Shown here: piece after piece, positions 63,480 to 64,000 of the stretch
Numbering within the stretch: position 1 is the stretch's first letter
Layout of the letters: the number at the start of each line of letters is the position of its first letter
Assembly: GCA_963782915.1 (NCBI GenBank)
Contig: CAWALK010000011.1
Coordinates: 32,001 to 96,000, forward strand
DNA from: an uncultured archaeon
Lineage (GTDB): Archaea > Thermoproteota > Bathyarchaeia > Bathyarchaeales > Bathycorpusculaceae
Length of the DNA stretch: 64,000 nucleotides
Direction: 5' to 3'
Notes under the pieces: generated by a model
Told to the model about the DNA's origin: nothing
The model's input: only the letters and a program-made list of their open reading frames with translations
The model's database searches: none
Program-made: the position numbers and the translations under genes

Positions 63480-64000
63480 TTATCTTAGGACCATTTGAAC
63501 GAATTTTTCCGGATTAAACAGTTCCAAATCCTTGTAAGTCTGCCCAACACCGATGAATAAGATCGGTTTCTGAGTCACATAGGTAACGCTCAATGCTGAG
63601 CCGCCTTTTACGTCTGCATCTACTTTGGTGAGGATGGTTGCGTCTATGCCTACTGCTTTGTTGAATTCTTCGGCTTGCATTACTGCGTCGTTGCCGATGA
63701 GTGAATCCACAGTGAACACCGTCAAATCAGGTTTCACGACACGTTTGACTTTGATGAGTTCATTCATCAAGTTCTGGTTAGTTTGCATGCGTCCGGCGGT
63801 GTCGATTAAAACTATGTTGATGCCGTGTGCTTTAGCATGGTTAACTGCGTCGTACGCGACTGCTGCCGGGTCGCCGCCATAAGTGCTTTTGATGACTCGA
63901 ATACCCAAACGTTTGCCATGCTCTTCAAGCTGCTCGATTGAGCCTGCGCGGTAAGTGTCTGCGCCTGCCAAAATGACTGAGTAGCCTTTGTCCTGGAAGA
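63480..64000 (-). CDS. ftsY: SRP receptor GTPase FtsY, 3' part
   Basis: [36 protein letters not shown]. Confidence 0.95.
   Translation of the reverse strand, partial: FQDKGYSVILAGADTYRAGSIEQLEEHGKRLGIRVIKSTYGGDPAAVAYDAVNHAKAHGINIVLIDTAGRMQTNQNLMNELIKVKRVVKPDLTVFTVDSLIGNDAVMQAEEFNKAVGIDATILTKVDADVKGGSALSVTYVTQKPILFIGVGQTYKDLELFNPEKFVQMVLR

Noticed and set aside
1-64000. CRISPR array, rRNA, transposase or integron integrase
   Set aside because: No regularly spaced repeats, rRNA-like sequence, DDE/HUH or tyrosine recombinase ORF was recognised

Overview
Archaeal chromosomal segment, most likely Bathyarchaeia. This is an inference from the expanded PQQ-like beta-propeller surface proteins, a DGGGP synthase, TrmB/Lrp/PadR regulators, a class III signal-peptide protein and archaeal TATA/SD signals. 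In order it holds: an accessory block of small hypotheticals and surface proteins (1-8540); a hoxEFUYH group 3d [NiFe] hydrogenase operon; three paralogous PQQ-like surface proteins; an acetate-CoA ligase/GNAT fusion; an aryl-acid cluster (ACT, livGF, paaK, iorAB, livKHM, paaI); PAS histidine kinases; tRNA-Cys with a 5.2 kb integrase-less islet bounded by a 16-bp direct repeat; a PAS-SpoIIE phosphatase; a GltD-like oxidoreductase; a lipid-related cluster (Grs-like radical SAM, tmk, isoprenoid kinase, DGGGP synthase); and the 3' part of ftsY. About 15 genes are broken by apparent single-base indels, which I read as long-read assembly errors rather than biology. Most unusual signals: (i) a ~57-bp element overlapping the 3' ends of unrelated genes plus an inverted pair of recombinase-like palindromic sites, suggesting a gene-cassette system; (ii) a dispersed polar ~45-bp intergenic repeat; (iii) the tRNA-Cys islet; (iv) an IorA with an internal four-cluster ferredoxin insertion; (v) probable ATA start codons behind strong SD motifs; (vi) a structured 5' leader RNA. 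All family assignments come from motif recognition by eye, with no database searches.
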